Shown here piece by piece: positions 24,700 to 34,596 of a DNA stretch of 64,000 nt. The notes below the pieces were generated by a model. That model made no database searches and was not told the origin of the DNA. It saw only the letters and a list, made by a program, of their open reading frames with translations. Origin of the DNA: a bacterium. GTDB taxonomy: Bacteria > Auribacterota > Erginobacteria > Erginobacterales > DAOSXE01. How positions within the stretch are numbered: position 1 is the stretch's first letter; each line of letters opens with the position of its first letter. The stretch lies in contig DAOSXE010000008.1 in NCBI GenBank assembly GCA_035380285.1, positions 17,217-81,216 on the forward strand. Reading direction: 5' to 3'. Both the position numbers and the translations under genes were made by a program.

Positions 24700-25915
24700 C
24701 GGGGGGCGCAACCGTCCCGTTCGTTGCTTCTGCGGGAGGGGGCGCGGGCACGGCGCCGGGCCCCGGGCCCCGCCGCAGAACCCGCACGATCTCTTCCGCG
24801 ATCAGCCGGTGAGCTTCCGGGTTGGGATGTTTGTCGACGCAGTGAGGCGGTTCTCCCCGGTAGATGGTGTAGAGTTTCCCGAACGCGGCCCGGCGCCCGC
24901 GCGGTGGCAGGGGGGGTATCTTTTCCAGGAGCCGCGGCTGGGCGTCGATGATGGGGATGCCCAATTCGGCGAAACGGTCCGGGGGGGGCTGGGGTTCTTC
25001 TCCCCAGGGGAGGTTGAGGATATAGGCCTGGCCGCCGTTGGCCCGGGCGAGTTCGGCGATTTCTCCGAAAACGGCGCGTTCTATTTCCCAGTCGTCCCCT
25101 CCCGGTTCCGGAACGAGGCCGAGGCGTTTCTTGAGGTTGAAGAGGAACATATTCAAATCGTCGTGGAAATAGAGGGGGAGACCGGCCCGGAAGAAGAAGG
25201 AGATGAAATCGGCCGTGCCCGCGGCCGTTTCCCGGAATTCCTCGAAGGGAAGGTCGAAGAGGATGCTCTGAAAGACCGGCCCGTGAACCCGGAGCCCCCC
25301 GGGGGTTTCGTAGAAATAGGGGATGGGAGCCGCTCCCAGGAACCCGATCGGCCCCAACGCCCGCTTGGCTCGCTCCACCAGCCACGGCGACCACTGCACG
25401 ATGACGACTTCCGGTTTCAGGCGCGGGATCAGGGTCCGGGCCCGCAGCAGCATCTGGGTCAGCCCGTAACTGCAGACCCCGGCGTTGACCGTGTCCCATC
25501 CGAGCATTTCCCCGGCTTTCCAGATATAGGTGTCCTCTTCGGCCACGGCGTCCCCGTAGGTGAACGAACACCCCAGGGCCATCAGGAGGGGGTGGGTCGC
25601 CGCCGCCGACCGGGAGGCGGCGGCGGGGATCCGGCAGCCGTTTTCGTCGCAGAGCGTGGGAATGGGAGGCCCCTCCGAAAAGGTCTGCAGGCCGGATGAA
25701 GAGGGGAGGGGGGCGAACCCCAGCGCCTGATCGGGGGCGTGGACGCGCCCCCGCCACCCGCGCACTCCGTTCTTGAGATACTGATAGAGGGGGTAAGCCC
25801 GCCGGTAGACCGAGTAGAAATATACCCCTCCCGCGCCGCCGACGGTCACGACCAGTATGAGCACGGACGCGGTGAAGGCGAATATCCAGCGTTTTCTTGG
25901 CGAGTATTCGTGCAC
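24665..25915 (-). CDS. SGNH-like hydrolase paralog with N-terminal TM anchor (start trimmed to GTG 25915)
   Basis: TM anchor RKRWIFAFTASVLILVV; LLMALGCSFTYGDAV (GxSxxxG-like block I); paralogous to the other SGNH genes. The six-frame ORF extends 70 codons further upstream without support. C-terminal P/A-rich tail overlaps the convergent gene by 35 nt. Confidence 0.55.
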   Translation of the reverse strand: MHEYSPRKRWIFAFTASVLILVVTVGGAGGVYFYSVYRRAYPLYQYLKNGVRGWRGRVHAPDQALGFAPLPSSSGLQTFSEGPPIPTLCDENGCRIPAAASRSAAATHPLLMALGCSFTYGDAVAEEDTYIWKAGEMLGWDTVNAGVCSYGLTQMLLRARTLIPRLKPEVVIVQWSPWLVERAKRALGPIGFLGAAPIPYFYETPGGLRVHGPVFQSILFDLPFEEFRETAAGTADFISFFFRAGLPLYFHDDLNMFLFNLKKRLGLVPEPGGDDWEIERAVFGEIAELARANGGQAYILNLPWGEEPQPPPDRFAELGIPIIDAQPRLLEKIPPLPPRGRRAAFGKLYTIYRGEPPHCVDKHPNPEAHRLIAEEIVRVLRRGPGPGAVPAPPPAEATNGTVAPPVTAPPRPGASR

Positions 25916-26070
25916 TTCCCGGCTCCGAAACGCCGTTTCGAGGTACTCCCTCGGGTAACAGTATATATGACGATTCCCTCCCCCGGTCAATGCCCGCGGC
26001 GGTCGGGTATTTCTCTGGCCAGGCTCGGCGAGTTTAGTACAATAACCGCACGCGATCTGGAGGCAGGGCC

Positions 26071-26811
26071 ATGGCTGGATATGACGGAGAGGGAACGATA
26101 CCCCGCTCGAACCGGGCCGGAGCATACCGGGTCCGGGTCTGCGGCCGGGGGGGGTGGGGCTCGTTCGTCGTCCAGGGGACGGTTCTGACCCTTTTTTCCT
26201 GCTTCCCCACCGTCTGGGGGAGCCTCTTGCGGCCCCGGGTATACCGGTTGATCCTGGGTGCGGTGGGGGCGGGGTGCTTTCTGGAGAAGAACATCCGTTT
26301 CTACCGCCCCTCCCGGGTGCGGTTGGGGGAGCGCGTCTTCGTCGGCGAGGGAGCGTTTTTCGATGTCGGCGGCGGCGGCGAGTCGATCGAAATCGGGTCC
26401 GACAGCCACGTTTCCCGGTATGTGTCCATCCGCACCCAGTACGGCCGCGTCGTCGTCGGGTCCCGGGTCAATATCGGCGCCGGGTCCTTTCTCTATGGAT
26501 ACGGAGACATCGAAATCGGCGACGACTGTCTCCTGGCCAACCAGGTGGAAGTGGTGACCGGGGGCCACGAACACGGCCGCCGGGACCTGGCCATGCGTTT
26601 CCAGGGACGGCGCCCCACCCGGACCGTGATCGGGAGGGATTGCTGGTTGGGGACCCACGCGGTGGTCCTGGGAGGAGTCTCCCTGGGGGAAGGCTCGATC
26701 GTCGGCGCCGGGGCGGTAGTGACCGGCGACATTCCACCCTACAGCATCGCCGTCGGGGTTCCCGCCCGGGTTATCGGAACCCGCGCGTCCGCGGGGGAGA
26801 CCGGGACATGA
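26071..26811 (+). CDS. hexapeptide-repeat (left-handed beta-helix) O-acetyltransferase, WcaF/LacA-like
   Basis: VGSRVNIGAGSFLYGYGDIEIGDDCLLANQVEVVTGGHEH...VIGRDCWLGTHAVVLGGVSLGEGSIVGAGAVVTGDIPPYSIAVGVPARVIG. Confidence 0.8.
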   Translation: MAGYDGEGTIPRSNRAGAYRVRVCGRGGWGSFVVQGTVLTLFSCFPTVWGSLLRPRVYRLILGAVGAGCFLEKNIRFYRPSRVRLGERVFVGEGAFFDVGGGGESIEIGSDSHVSRYVSIRTQYGRVVVGSRVNIGAGSFLYGYGDIEIGDDCLLANQVEVVTGGHEHGRRDLAMRFQGRRPTRTVIGRDCWLGTHAVVLGGVSLGEGSIVGAGAVVTGDIPPYSIAVGVPARVIGTRASAGETGT

Positions 26812-28034
26812 GGGTACTGGTCTCAATCTTCGAGGAACTGTATCCCCTCAGCGGGGGCGGTTCGCCGCGCATCTCCAACCTCTGCCGGGCCTTTGCCCGG
26901 GGCGGCCACGAGGTGATTGCCGCCGGAGGGTTCGCCGCTTCCGACCGGGAAGTCAGGGAGTACCTGGGCTGCCGGGAGCTGGTCCGGCTCAAGAGCGTCA
27001 GCCGCCTCGATCCGGGGAAAATGAAGAAATATCTCACCGCCCACCCGGTCAACCTGGCCCGGGTGGGGCGGGCCGTCCGCCGGCTGGCTCCCGACCTGGT
27101 GGTCTCGCATAATACCATCGCCGGTTACGGCGCCCTCCTCGGGGCCGGGATCTCCCGCCGGCGCCCTTTTCTCGTCCTCGACCTGACCGATGTGCTGTTC
27201 GAGTACCTGGACGATTACCGGTCCGGCGGTTGGTTGCGGGCGGTTCAGCGGGGGGGACGGCGCCTGGAAACCTCCGCCATTCGGGGTTCGGACCTCATCA
27301 TCACCATTTCCGACTCCATGAAGGAGATCGTCGAAGGGTACGGGGCTTCGCCGCGACGGATCGAAGTGGTCTGCGACGGGGTGGACCCCGATATTTTCCG
27401 GGAGACCGACGAGACCGCCCTGCGAGCCCGCCACGCCCCCGGAGCGGAAGCCGTCGTTCTGTTCCAGGGCGTCATCGATCCCCAGGACGGCCCGGATCTC
27501 CTGGCCGCCGCCGCCGAGCGGGTACTCCAACGCCACCCGTCCGCGAAATTCTGGGTCATCGGCGAAGGCTCGGCCATCCCGGGGCTGAAGAAGCTGGTGG
27601 GGGAGACGGGGATCGCCGGCAGTTTTTATTTTTCCGGGTGGGTCACCCAGGGGGAAGTCGCCCGCTACCTGAGCGCGGGGGACATCGGACTGGTTATTCT
27701 TCCCGATATCCTTTCCGCCCGGGGCCGGGTGACGCTCAAGGAGTTCGAATACTGGGCCTGCGGTCTGTCGGTGGTGGCTCCCCGCCTCCCGGCCCTGGAA
27801 GAGGTGATTGCCGAGGAGGAGAACGGTCTTTTTTACCCCCCCGGGGACGCGGAACGGATGGCGGACTGCGTCAACCGCCTGATCGAGGACCCCGGTCTTT
27901 CCCGGCGCTTGGCGGTTTCCGGTCAGCGCCTGGTGCGCGAAGAATACCGCTGGGACCGTTTAGCCGACGAGTTCGTCTCCCGCAGCGTGGCCGCGCTCGC
28001 CCGCGCCCGATCCGCTCCGGACCTCAGTCGATAA
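26808..28034 (+). CDS. GT4 family glycosyltransferase
   Basis: ATGA overlap with the acetyltransferase stop. MRVLVSIFEELYPLSGGGSPRISNL...; C-terminal FEYWACGLSVVAPRLPALEEVI (GT-B motif). The ORF from 26154 is an extension. Confidence 0.8.
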   Translation: MRVLVSIFEELYPLSGGGSPRISNLCRAFARGGHEVIAAGGFAASDREVREYLGCRELVRLKSVSRLDPGKMKKYLTAHPVNLARVGRAVRRLAPDLVVSHNTIAGYGALLGAGISRRRPFLVLDLTDVLFEYLDDYRSGGWLRAVQRGGRRLETSAIRGSDLIITISDSMKEIVEGYGASPRRIEVVCDGVDPDIFRETDETALRARHAPGAEAVVLFQGVIDPQDGPDLLAAAAERVLQRHPSAKFWVIGEGSAIPGLKKLVGETGIAGSFYFSGWVTQGEVARYLSAGDIGLVILPDILSARGRVTLKEFEYWACGLSVVAPRLPALEEVIAEEENGLFYPPGDAERMADCVNRLIEDPGLSRRLAVSGQRLVREEYRWDRLADEFVSRSVAALARARSAPDLSR

Positions 28035-28839
28035 GTCCCGAAGTTTTTCCGGCGGTTTGCTGCACGGCGAGATCGTCGACCCCGATCCCGGCGCAGCGGT
28101 ACCGCCCGCGCCGGGCGGTCTTCCCCCCGAAGTCGATGGCCCCGACCGGGCAGAAATGGAGGCAGGCCAGGCAGTTTTGGCAACGGTTCCCCCAGACCGG
28201 CCGGCCGTTTTCGTAGGAGATATTTTCCACCGGGCAGATCCGCGCGCAGAGGCCGCAGGATGTGCAGGCCGCGGAGACCCGGAACCGCCGCGCCCGGTCC
28301 GGGAGCCGCCGCCGCCAGAGCCGGTTGACGGCGGGGCAGAGCACGCTCAGAAAGGCGTTGATGTCGGCGATCTTCGTCTTCCCCTCCCGGATCAGGGCGG
28401 CTGCGGCCCGGGTGCGCGCCCGGGCCCGTTCCCGTATCCGTTCCTGTTTGGCGGCCGGGGGGATGTCGTAGAAGGGGGTATAGTTGGCGGGCATGTTCAC
28501 CGGGTGGCATCCGGCCAGGGATTTTCCCCGCGCGTTCAGCAGTTTTCGCAGTTGGCCGGAGGGGCCTCCGGGGGCTCCTCCCCGGGTGAAAACGGCGACG
28601 ATCCGCCGCACGTCGTCGAGGTCCGTCTCGGCGGCGAACCGGGCGACCAGTTCGGGCAGGCCCCAGAAATAGAGCGGGAATACCATAAGCAGGGTTTCCG
28701 CGCTGAGGCGAGTCGCTCGGGGTCCGACAAAAGCGGTCATGGGCTCCGGGGCCTCGGCTCCCAGATCTTCGGCGAGCCACCGGGCCACGGTCAGGGAGTT
28801 TCCCGTCCCCGAGAAAAAACAGAGGGCGTATTCCTTCAT
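28024..28839 (-). CDS. flavodoxin-like domain fused to 4Fe-4S dicluster ferredoxin domain (electron-transfer protein)
   Basis: Start ATG 28839 with ggagg RBS: MKEYALCFFSGTGNS (flavodoxin FMN-binding N-terminus); C-terminal CTSCGLCARICP and CQNCLACLHFCP (two Cx2Cx2Cx3CP). Confidence 0.7.
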   Translation of the reverse strand: MKEYALCFFSGTGNSLTVARWLAEDLGAEAPEPMTAFVGPRATRLSAETLLMVFPLYFWGLPELVARFAAETDLDDVRRIVAVFTRGGAPGGPSGQLRKLLNARGKSLAGCHPVNMPANYTPFYDIPPAAKQERIRERARARTRAAAALIREGKTKIADINAFLSVLCPAVNRLWRRRLPDRARRFRVSAACTSCGLCARICPVENISYENGRPVWGNRCQNCLACLHFCPVGAIDFGGKTARRGRYRCAGIGVDDLAVQQTAGKTSGLID

Positions 28840-28998
28840 TGCGACCTCCAAGGTGCCGGTTGGCTTGAGATTACAGGAAATCGCTGCGGTTGTCACGTTC
28901 CTCGCTTCGGGCCGCGTTCCCGGTCCGAGTTCAGGTGGACGAAGCCGGAGCGATATGGTTCAATACCCGTTATCCCGTACCTTGAGGACGACGAGACC

Positions 28999-30438
28999 GT
29001 GAAAGTGCTTATATCCAACCCCCCCTGGCCCGGAGAAGGGTTCGGGGCCCGTTCCGACGTTCGGTGGCCGCACAAACGCAGCGACAAGTTCATCGAATAC
29101 CCGATCTACCTCGCTTATCTGGTGGCGATCGTCCGCGGCGAAGGCTACGACGTCGAGTTTATCGATGCCGTTCTCGAGGAGCTCTCCATAGCGGATTTCG
29201 CCGGCCGGGCCGGCGCGGCGGCGCCGGATATGGTCGTTTTGGAATGTTCCACCCCCTCCATCGATTACGATCTCCGGACCGCCGCCGCCGTGAAAGCCGC
29301 CGCCCCCGCGGCCATGGTGGTCCTGATCGGGTCGCACCCCACCGTTTTTCACCGGGAGATCATGGAAGAGAACCCGGAGGTGGACGTCGTCTGCCGGGGA
29401 GAATACGATTTCACCGTCCGCGATCTGGCCCGGGCTCGGGCCGGGGGAAAGGGCCTGGAGGAGATCGAGGGGATCACCTGGCGTTCTCCCCGGGGCGTCA
29501 GGGTCAACCCCGAGCGGCCGCTGATCGCCGATCTGGACGAGATTCCCTTTCCCGCCCGGGACCTGGTGGCGAGCAAGTATTACCGGCAGGGGACTTTTCG
29601 CGGGAAGACGCCGACCACGGTGGTCACGTCCCGGGGATGCCCCTTCGGGTGCACCTACTGCCTTTGGCCGCGAACGCTTTACGGGAGAACGTTCCGGGCC
29701 CGGTCCGCCGGGAACGTGGTGGACGAACTCGAGGAATGCGTCCGGCGCTACGGCATCGACGAGGTTTATTTCGACGACGACTCCATGGCCCTGGACCGGG
29801 AGCGGATGCTGAAGATATGTTCCCTGATCGTCGAGCGCGGTCTGCGTTTCGAATGGATCGCCCAATGCCGGGTTTCGAGCATGGACGAAGAAGTGCTGCG
29901 GGCCATGAAGCGTGCCGGTTGCCGGTATATCCGGTTCGGCGTGGAATCGGGATCGCCCAAGATGCTGCGGCTGATGAAGAAAGGGATCACCACCGAACAG
30001 GTCGTCCGGGCCTTTGCCCTGGCCCGGAAGGTGGGGATCAGGACCCAGGCGTTTTTCCTGTTCGGGGTTCCGGGAGAGAATGCGGAGACGATCGAGGAAA
30101 CGATCCGCTTCGCCAAGCGGCTTCCCGCCGACAGCGCCCAGTTCGCGGTGGTCATCCCCCATCCCGGCACCGAGCTGTACGCTTCCGCCCGAGCCGCCGG
30201 CTCCCTGAAGTACACTTCCTGGGAGGATTTCTCTTCCTGTCGCGGCATGATCGAAACCCCCGAACTCTCGCTGGATCAGGTGGAGGCGGCCCGGATTCGG
30301 GCGTACAAGGAGTTCTATTTCCGGCCCTCGTTTCTTCTGCGCACCCTGGTCGGAATTCACAGCCTGGATGATCTTAAAAGCGTACTCGCCAGCGCCCGGT
30401 CCATCGTCAGCCGGATCGGTTTCTTTCGGCGGGATTGA
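28999..30438 (+). CDS. B12-binding domain radical SAM protein (class B rSAM, methyltransferase-like)
   Basis: GTG 28999 with gagg 11 nt upstream. N-terminal B12-binding-like domain (VKVLISNPPW...VLIGSHPT), CPFGCTYC (Cx3Cx2C), typical class B core. The ORF from 28057 is an extension. Confidence 0.75.
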   Translation: MKVLISNPPWPGEGFGARSDVRWPHKRSDKFIEYPIYLAYLVAIVRGEGYDVEFIDAVLEELSIADFAGRAGAAAPDMVVLECSTPSIDYDLRTAAAVKAAAPAAMVVLIGSHPTVFHREIMEENPEVDVVCRGEYDFTVRDLARARAGGKGLEEIEGITWRSPRGVRVNPERPLIADLDEIPFPARDLVASKYYRQGTFRGKTPTTVVTSRGCPFGCTYCLWPRTLYGRTFRARSAGNVVDELEECVRRYGIDEVYFDDDSMALDRERMLKICSLIVERGLRFEWIAQCRVSSMDEEVLRAMKRAGCRYIRFGVESGSPKMLRLMKKGITTEQVVRAFALARKVGIRTQAFFLFGVPGENAETIEETIRFAKRLPADSAQFAVVIPHPGTELYASARAAGSLKYTSWEDFSSCRGMIETPELSLDQVEAARIRAYKEFYFRPSFLLRTLVGIHSLDDLKSVLASARSIVSRIGFFRRD

Positions 30439-30452
30439 CCCAGGAGAGCGGG

Positions 30453-31397
30453 ATGAATGAGAAACGGTCAACGCGGGTTTCGGTCCTTATCCCCCTCTAC
30501 AACGAAGAGGAGAACCTGGAGCCCCTGGTCGGGCGTCTCCGGCCGGTGCTCGATTCCCTCGGCGCCGATTGGGAGGTGATCTTCGTCGACGACGGTTCCA
30601 CCGACGGGTCCTTCGAGCGCCTGCGTCGGCTTCGCGACGGTTGTCCCGGGCTGAAAGCCGTCCGCTTCCGGCGCAATTTCGGGAAGTCCGCCGCCCTCAG
30701 GGCGGGTTTCCGCCAGGCGCGGGGAGATCGGGTGGTGATCATGGATGCCGACCTTCAGGACGATCCCGAGGAGATTCCCGGACTTCTGGAGCTGCTCGAC
30801 CAGGGTTACGACCTGGTCGGGGGGTGGCGCGCCGACCGGCGCGACCGCTTCGTCAAGCGGCAGACTTCCCGGATCTATAACCTGGCCACTTCGACCCTGA
30901 CCGGCATCCGGATACACGACTTCAACTGCGGCCTGAAGGCCTTCCGCCGGGAAGTGATCGAGTCGATTCCCGTGCACGGAGAGCTGCACCGCTACATCCC
31001 CGTTCTTGCGCACCGGCGCGGATTCCGGGTCACGGAGAAGAAAGTCCGCCACCACCCCCGCCTCCATGGGGAAAGCAAATTCGGGCCCTACCGGTTTTTC
31101 GCCGGGTTCGCCGATCTGGTGACCGTTCTCTTCCTGACCAGGTACTTCAAAAAACCCCTGCATTTCTTCGGGGGGTTGGGGTTGATGTTCTTCGTCGCCG
31201 GTTTCGCGATCGATTTCGTGCTCCTGGTCGGGAGTCTGTTCGGCGAAACCATCCGTACCCGGCCGCTCCTCTTCCTCGGCATCCTGCTTATGTTGATCGG
31301 ATTCCAGTTCATCTCCACCGGGCTGTTGGGCGAGATGCTGGCGATGGGGCGGGATGAAGACGAACGGGAGTATCTGGTTGGTGAGACTCTCGAGTAA
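30453..31397 (+). CDS. GT2 polyprenyl-phosphate sugar synthase (DPM1/ArnC/CsbB-like) with C-terminal TM helices
   Basis: ATG 30453 with aggaga RBS. VSVLIPLYNEEENL...VIFVDDGSTDGS...VIMDADLQDDPEEIP...GGWRADRRD; C-terminal hydrophobic helices. Confidence 0.8.
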   Translation: MNEKRSTRVSVLIPLYNEEENLEPLVGRLRPVLDSLGADWEVIFVDDGSTDGSFERLRRLRDGCPGLKAVRFRRNFGKSAALRAGFRQARGDRVVIMDADLQDDPEEIPGLLELLDQGYDLVGGWRADRRDRFVKRQTSRIYNLATSTLTGIRIHDFNCGLKAFRREVIESIPVHGELHRYIPVLAHRRGFRVTEKKVRHHPRLHGESKFGPYRFFAGFADLVTVLFLTRYFKKPLHFFGGLGLMFFVAGFAIDFVLLVGSLFGETIRTRPLLFLGILLMLIGFQFISTGLLGEMLAMGRDEDEREYLVGETLE

Positions 31398-34300
31398 TCG
31401 CTGGCTGCGGGGGCTGGCCCGGGCCGGAGCTTCCCCCTATTTCCCCCTCCTGCTCCTGGGTGCGTTTCTTCTCTTCGTCTTCGTCCGGGCGATGGCGTCG
31501 TACTCCGCCGCCCTCGGTTCCGACCCTTTCGGGATCGTTCACTTCGCCGGCCACCTCTCGAGGGGAATGCTCTTCAGCGATTTCCCCGTCTACGATTGGT
31601 TCAAGCGCGACTGGGCCCCGGGCGAAGCCCATTTCGTCCTCCACGGCAACTACATCGCCGACGGGCAACGGCTTTTCTGCAAGTACACGATCGGGTTCCC
31701 TCTCATCCTGGCCGGGTTCATCCGGGTACTGGGGCCGGGATCGGTATATTTCGCCAACGTGGTGGTGCTGGTCATCCTGTTGGCCGCGGAATACGGCCTC
31801 GCCCGGTCCTTCCTCCGGAACTTTACGGGCGATCGGCTGCTGGCCCTGATCGCTCCCATCCTCCTGATGGTTCTGGTCAACAAGATCTGGGGCCTGGCTC
31901 TGCGCCCGGCCCGGGATCTTTCCGCCCTGGCCTTGCTGGTTCTCGGGTTTTACCTGGGGGCCGTGGGCCTGGGCCGGGCGCCGCGGCTTCGCTGGGGTGC
32001 CGTGGGGGCCGGGGCCTTCTGTCTCGGTTTCGCCGGCTCGGTCCGCTTTCCCAATGTCCTGGCCGCGGTGCCCGCGTTCGTCTATCTCCTCGAGCGCCTG
32101 TTGCGGAAGAGCACGCTTCGCCGGGGAACGGCCGCGGTCTTGTTGGCGGTCCTCTGTTTCGGCCTGGGCCTGGTTCCCGCCCTCTACCAGAATCTGGAAT
32201 CGACCGGGAATTTTCTCAAGCCCCCCCGTCCCGAAATCGTGGACCGAAACCCGGTTCAGGTGGAGGGAGAAACCAACCCCCCCCCGCTCTGGCTGGGGTT
32301 CTTCAAGACCACCGCCCCGGAAACCCTGGGGTACTTCTGGCGTCTGTACGGCCCCTTTTTTCTGGGCCTGATCCTGCTCGGCGCGGCGGCGCTGCGCCGC
32401 TCCCCCGGCGCCCTGATCGTCTGTCTGGGCGTCCCGGCGGTCTTCGTGCTTTTTTACAGCATGTGGGTCCACCTCATGATCAGGTACATGATGGTCGCCC
32501 AGCCGTTTCTGGTGGTGCTGGCCGTCGCCGGGTGCGGCTACCTGCTGGCCGCGCCCCGCCGCTGGGCCGTGGTTCTTCTTCCCCCGGTGCTCCTGCTCGA
32601 TTGGGCGGCGCGTTCCCGGCTTCCGCACGCCTACGGCCTGGAATATGTGGATACTCCGGTCCTGATTTTCGGAGTTTTTCTTTGGATCGCCGCCGCCTGG
32701 CCGTCGCGTCCGCGTCGGGCGCGGCTGCGGGTTCTGTTTCTCGCGGCGGGCGTCGCCGCCGTCTTTCTGGGGCGCTACCCCGCCGTCCTCCGGGACCAGG
32801 CCGAGGAAGCTTTTCAGCTTCCCCAGGCGCGCCGGCTGGGGGCCGACATCGATGCCCTGGTCCCCCCGGGCTCGGTGATTTTCGCCACCAAACCGGTTTC
32901 CGAATACATCAACCTCTTCACCCGGTCGTACTCCCTGCGTCCCTTCGAGATGGCCCGGATGCGGGTCGAGACCAGGGCGGGCATCGAACGGATCCTGGAG
33001 AGGGGCACCGGCGTTTTCCTGATCGAGTCGTCCGGTTGGAAGCGAGACGCCCGTAAGGCCGAGCCGTCTCTTCTCTACCACTTCGACCTGAAGGAAGCCG
33101 GCGCCGTGCGCGGCGCCGACTATAACCTGGAAAAACGGTTCGGGCGCCCGGTGAGCCGGATCTTCGAGGTGGTCCCCTGGCGACCGGGACCCGTAAGCTC
33201 GGTGCTGAAGGTGCCCGCGGGGGACGGCCCGTGGCTTTTTTCCCTGGACGCGCGGGCATTCAACCGCGCCGGCCCCCGCCGGGCCGAAGTCGCCCTCGGG
33301 GGCCTGAGGCTCGCTTCCTCCCTGGAGAACGGCCGGAACTTTTTCGTAGTTCCCCGGGGCGCCCTTCCCGGTCCGGAGGCGGTTTTGACGGTTGACGCTT
33401 CCGATCCCGTCCCCCGGGATCTGGCCCCGCGGCTGCAGCCGCTCGATCGGCCCTGGGAGGTGGACCTGGGAGCCGAGCCCGACTTCCCCGGTGACTACGC
33501 CCGCGACGGATTCTCCGAGGCCCGCTTGCGCGACGCCGACGCGGTGCGCCTCTGGTGGGGGCAGACGGGCCGCGCCGTCGTTCCCACCCCCGGAGGGTCG
33601 GGATACGAACTCTTCGCCGTCTTGAAACTGGCCAACGTCCGCGGCGCGCCCCGGCCTGCCTTCCTCCGGGTCGCCCTCAACGGGACCCCGGTGGCGGACC
33701 TCGACCTTTCCGACCTGGCCCGGGGCTGGCGGGAATACCGGGTGGCGCTTCCGTCCCGGGCTCTTGTCGGCCTCCGCGGGGTCCTGGAATTGACCCCCTT
33801 CGTTCCCGCCGGTAACCCGATTTCTCCGGACGAGAATAGAGTAGGAGCTTTTCTGGCCGGCGGTCTTGTTGTCGAACGCTGTCCTCTCCAGTTGGGGATG
33901 GCCCTTCCCCCGGGGAAGTCCTCGTTTCTGGCTTTTCAGGTCGAATCTGGAGAAGGTGCGACGGTCTGTCGTCCCCCTTACGTCTTTTTCGTCGACTCCG
34001 ACCGGCTGGGGGAAGCGCCCGCCCCCGGCGTTCAGCGCGTCCTTCTCCCCCCCGGCCCGGGCGGCGGGGCGTTTCTGGAGGCGTTTTCGCGGCAGGGGGG
34101 GTGCCGGGTGCCCTTTTCGCCGGAGTATCTGCTGGTTCCTTCCGCGCCGGCATTTGAAATCGACGTCGGGGGAGACGCCGACTGGGCCTTCGCGGAGACC
34201 GGGTTTTACGGGGCCGAGCGTCATCTGGGGACCGAGACCGTGCGTTGGACCTCCGGCCTTTCCCGCCTGGTCGTCCCCTTGTTTTCGGGAATGGAAACCG

Positions 34301-34596
34301 GCGGGGAAGTACGTTTTCGGGCGTTCAACCTCGCCCCCCCGGCCGCGGGCCCGATTTCGGTGACGGTCCGCCTCGCCGGCCGGGTTCTGGGCACGGTGTC
34401 GCCGCCGCCGGGGGAGGGGGTGTATCGGTTCCCATTCTCTCCGGACGGGTTTTTCCCGCGGTTGGCGGTCCTGGAATTCGAATCTTCGACCTGGCGACCG
34501 TCCGATTTCGGGGGAGGAGCCGACGACCGGGAATTGGGCGTGATGCTGGACTGGATCCGCCTGGGAGCTCCGGAAGACGGCGGCCGCCTGCCATGA
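31354..34596 (+). CDS. large polytopic membrane protein, GT-C-like (ArnT/PMT-like) N-terminal domain plus about 600-aa C-terminal soluble domain
   Basis: About 13 TM helices in the first 470 aa. 4-nt overlap to the downstream gene. Start ATG 31354 overlaps the upstream gene by 44 nt (alternative TTG/GTG at 31378/31381). The antisense 971-aa ORF is rejected. Confidence 0.55.
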   Translation: MKTNGSIWLVRLSSNRWLRGLARAGASPYFPLLLLGAFLLFVFVRAMASYSAALGSDPFGIVHFAGHLSRGMLFSDFPVYDWFKRDWAPGEAHFVLHGNYIADGQRLFCKYTIGFPLILAGFIRVLGPGSVYFANVVVLVILLAAEYGLARSFLRNFTGDRLLALIAPILLMVLVNKIWGLALRPARDLSALALLVLGFYLGAVGLGRAPRLRWGAVGAGAFCLGFAGSVRFPNVLAAVPAFVYLLERLLRKSTLRRGTAAVLLAVLCFGLGLVPALYQNLESTGNFLKPPRPEIVDRNPVQVEGETNPPPLWLGFFKTTAPETLGYFWRLYGPFFLGLILLGAAALRRSPGALIVCLGVPAVFVLFYSMWVHLMIRYMMVAQPFLVVLAVAGCGYLLAAPRRWAVVLLPPVLLLDWAARSRLPHAYGLEYVDTPVLIFGVFLWIAAAWPSRPRRARLRVLFLAAGVAAVFLGRYPAVLRDQAEEAFQLPQARRLGADIDALVPPGSVIFATKPVSEYINLFTRSYSLRPFEMARMRVETRAGIERILERGTGVFLIESSGWKRDARKAEPSLLYHFDLKEAGAVRGADYNLEKRFGRPVSRIFEVVPWRPGPVSSVLKVPAGDGPWLFSLDARAFNRAGPRRAEVALGGLRLASSLENGRNFFVVPRGALPGPEAVLTVDASDPVPRDLAPRLQPLDRPWEVDLGAEPDFPGDYARDGFSEARLRDADAVRLWWGQTGRAVVPTPGGSGYELFAVLKLANVRGAPRPAFLRVALNGTPVADLDLSDLARGWREYRVALPSRALVGLRGVLELTPFVPAGNPISPDENRVGAFLAGGLVVERCPLQLGMALPPGKSSFLAFQVESGEGATVCRPPYVFFVDSDRLGEAPAPGVQRVLLPPGPGGGAFLEAFSRQGGCRVPFSPEYLLVPSAPAFEIDVGGDADWAFAETGFYGAERHLGTETVRWTSGLSRLVVPLFSGMETGGEVRFRAFNLAPPAAGPISVTVRLAGRVLGTVSPPPGEGVYRFPFSPDGFFPRLAVLEFESSTWRPSDFGGGADDRELGVMLDWIRLGAPEDGGRLP

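Noticed and set aside
28921-28998. Possible tRNA (GGTTCAATACC resembles a T-loop)
   Set aside because: Flanking sequence cannot form a T-stem or acceptor stem; no cloverleaf could be built by eye.
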